Both the position numbers and the translations under genes were made by a program. Of a stretch of DNA of 64,000 nucleotides, positions 63,741 through 64,000 are shown one piece after another (the first letter of the stretch is position 1; each line of letters opens with the position of its first letter). The stretch is from Octopus bimaculoides. Lineage: Eukaryota. Under the pieces are notes generated by a model. That model was given only the letters and a program-made list of their open reading frames with translations. It made no database searches and was not told the DNA's origin. The stretch is taken from positions 96,340,640 through 96,404,639 of the forward strand of contig NC_068982.1 of NCBI RefSeq assembly GCF_001194135.2, given 5' to 3'.

Positions 63741-64000
63741 GCTTCACAGAATTTACCATTGAATCTAGATTGTACCATAGTAAGCTGCACTAGTAAAAAT
63801 ATTTGGACGATAACTGCCACCACTGTAAACTTATTCTGCTCTGCACTTCTCAGTGCTTAGTCATTGTAAAACACCTGCTACATTTCCTGCTGCTATCTTA
63901 AATACCTATGTGGAAACAGAAGGGAGATAAATCAACATGACTTTCATTTGAAGTTGTAGGTTCAGTTTGTTGAGAAATTACTGTTGCACAATATTATCTG

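Overview
AT-rich eukaryotic non-coding DNA (intron or intergenic) with four N-gaps (15161-15426, 28370-28698, 42840-42849, 48522-48653). The SINE/RTE families, TTAA-MITEs and microsatellite load look like an Octopus genome; this is recognition from memory, not a database result. I found no intact protein-coding gene, rRNA, tRNA or CRISPR array. Nearly all ORFs in the track are microsatellite, low-complexity or transposon-derived. The window is a transposon graveyard: several SINE families, RTE and other LINE fragments, a pseudogenised piggyBac transposase (minus, ~34765-35830), TTAA-flanked MITEs, a non-autonomous Helitron with both termini (27856-29045), a mariner mini-element, and weaker hAT and LTR-gag relics. 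The most interesting signals are RNA-structural. (1) A GC-rich 279-bp-period direct repeat (6428-6843) carries hammerhead-ribozyme core motifs on the minus strand with an unusual hairpin inserted in the core; it resembles a Penelope pLTR or retrozyme. (2) 66-bp tandem units in a SINE (47601-47810) can each form an H-type pseudoknot, with apparent compensatory changes between units. A few isolated exon-like segments occur on both strands but are not clearly above chance. All alignments and folds were done by eye, and coordinates of degenerate repeats are approximate.
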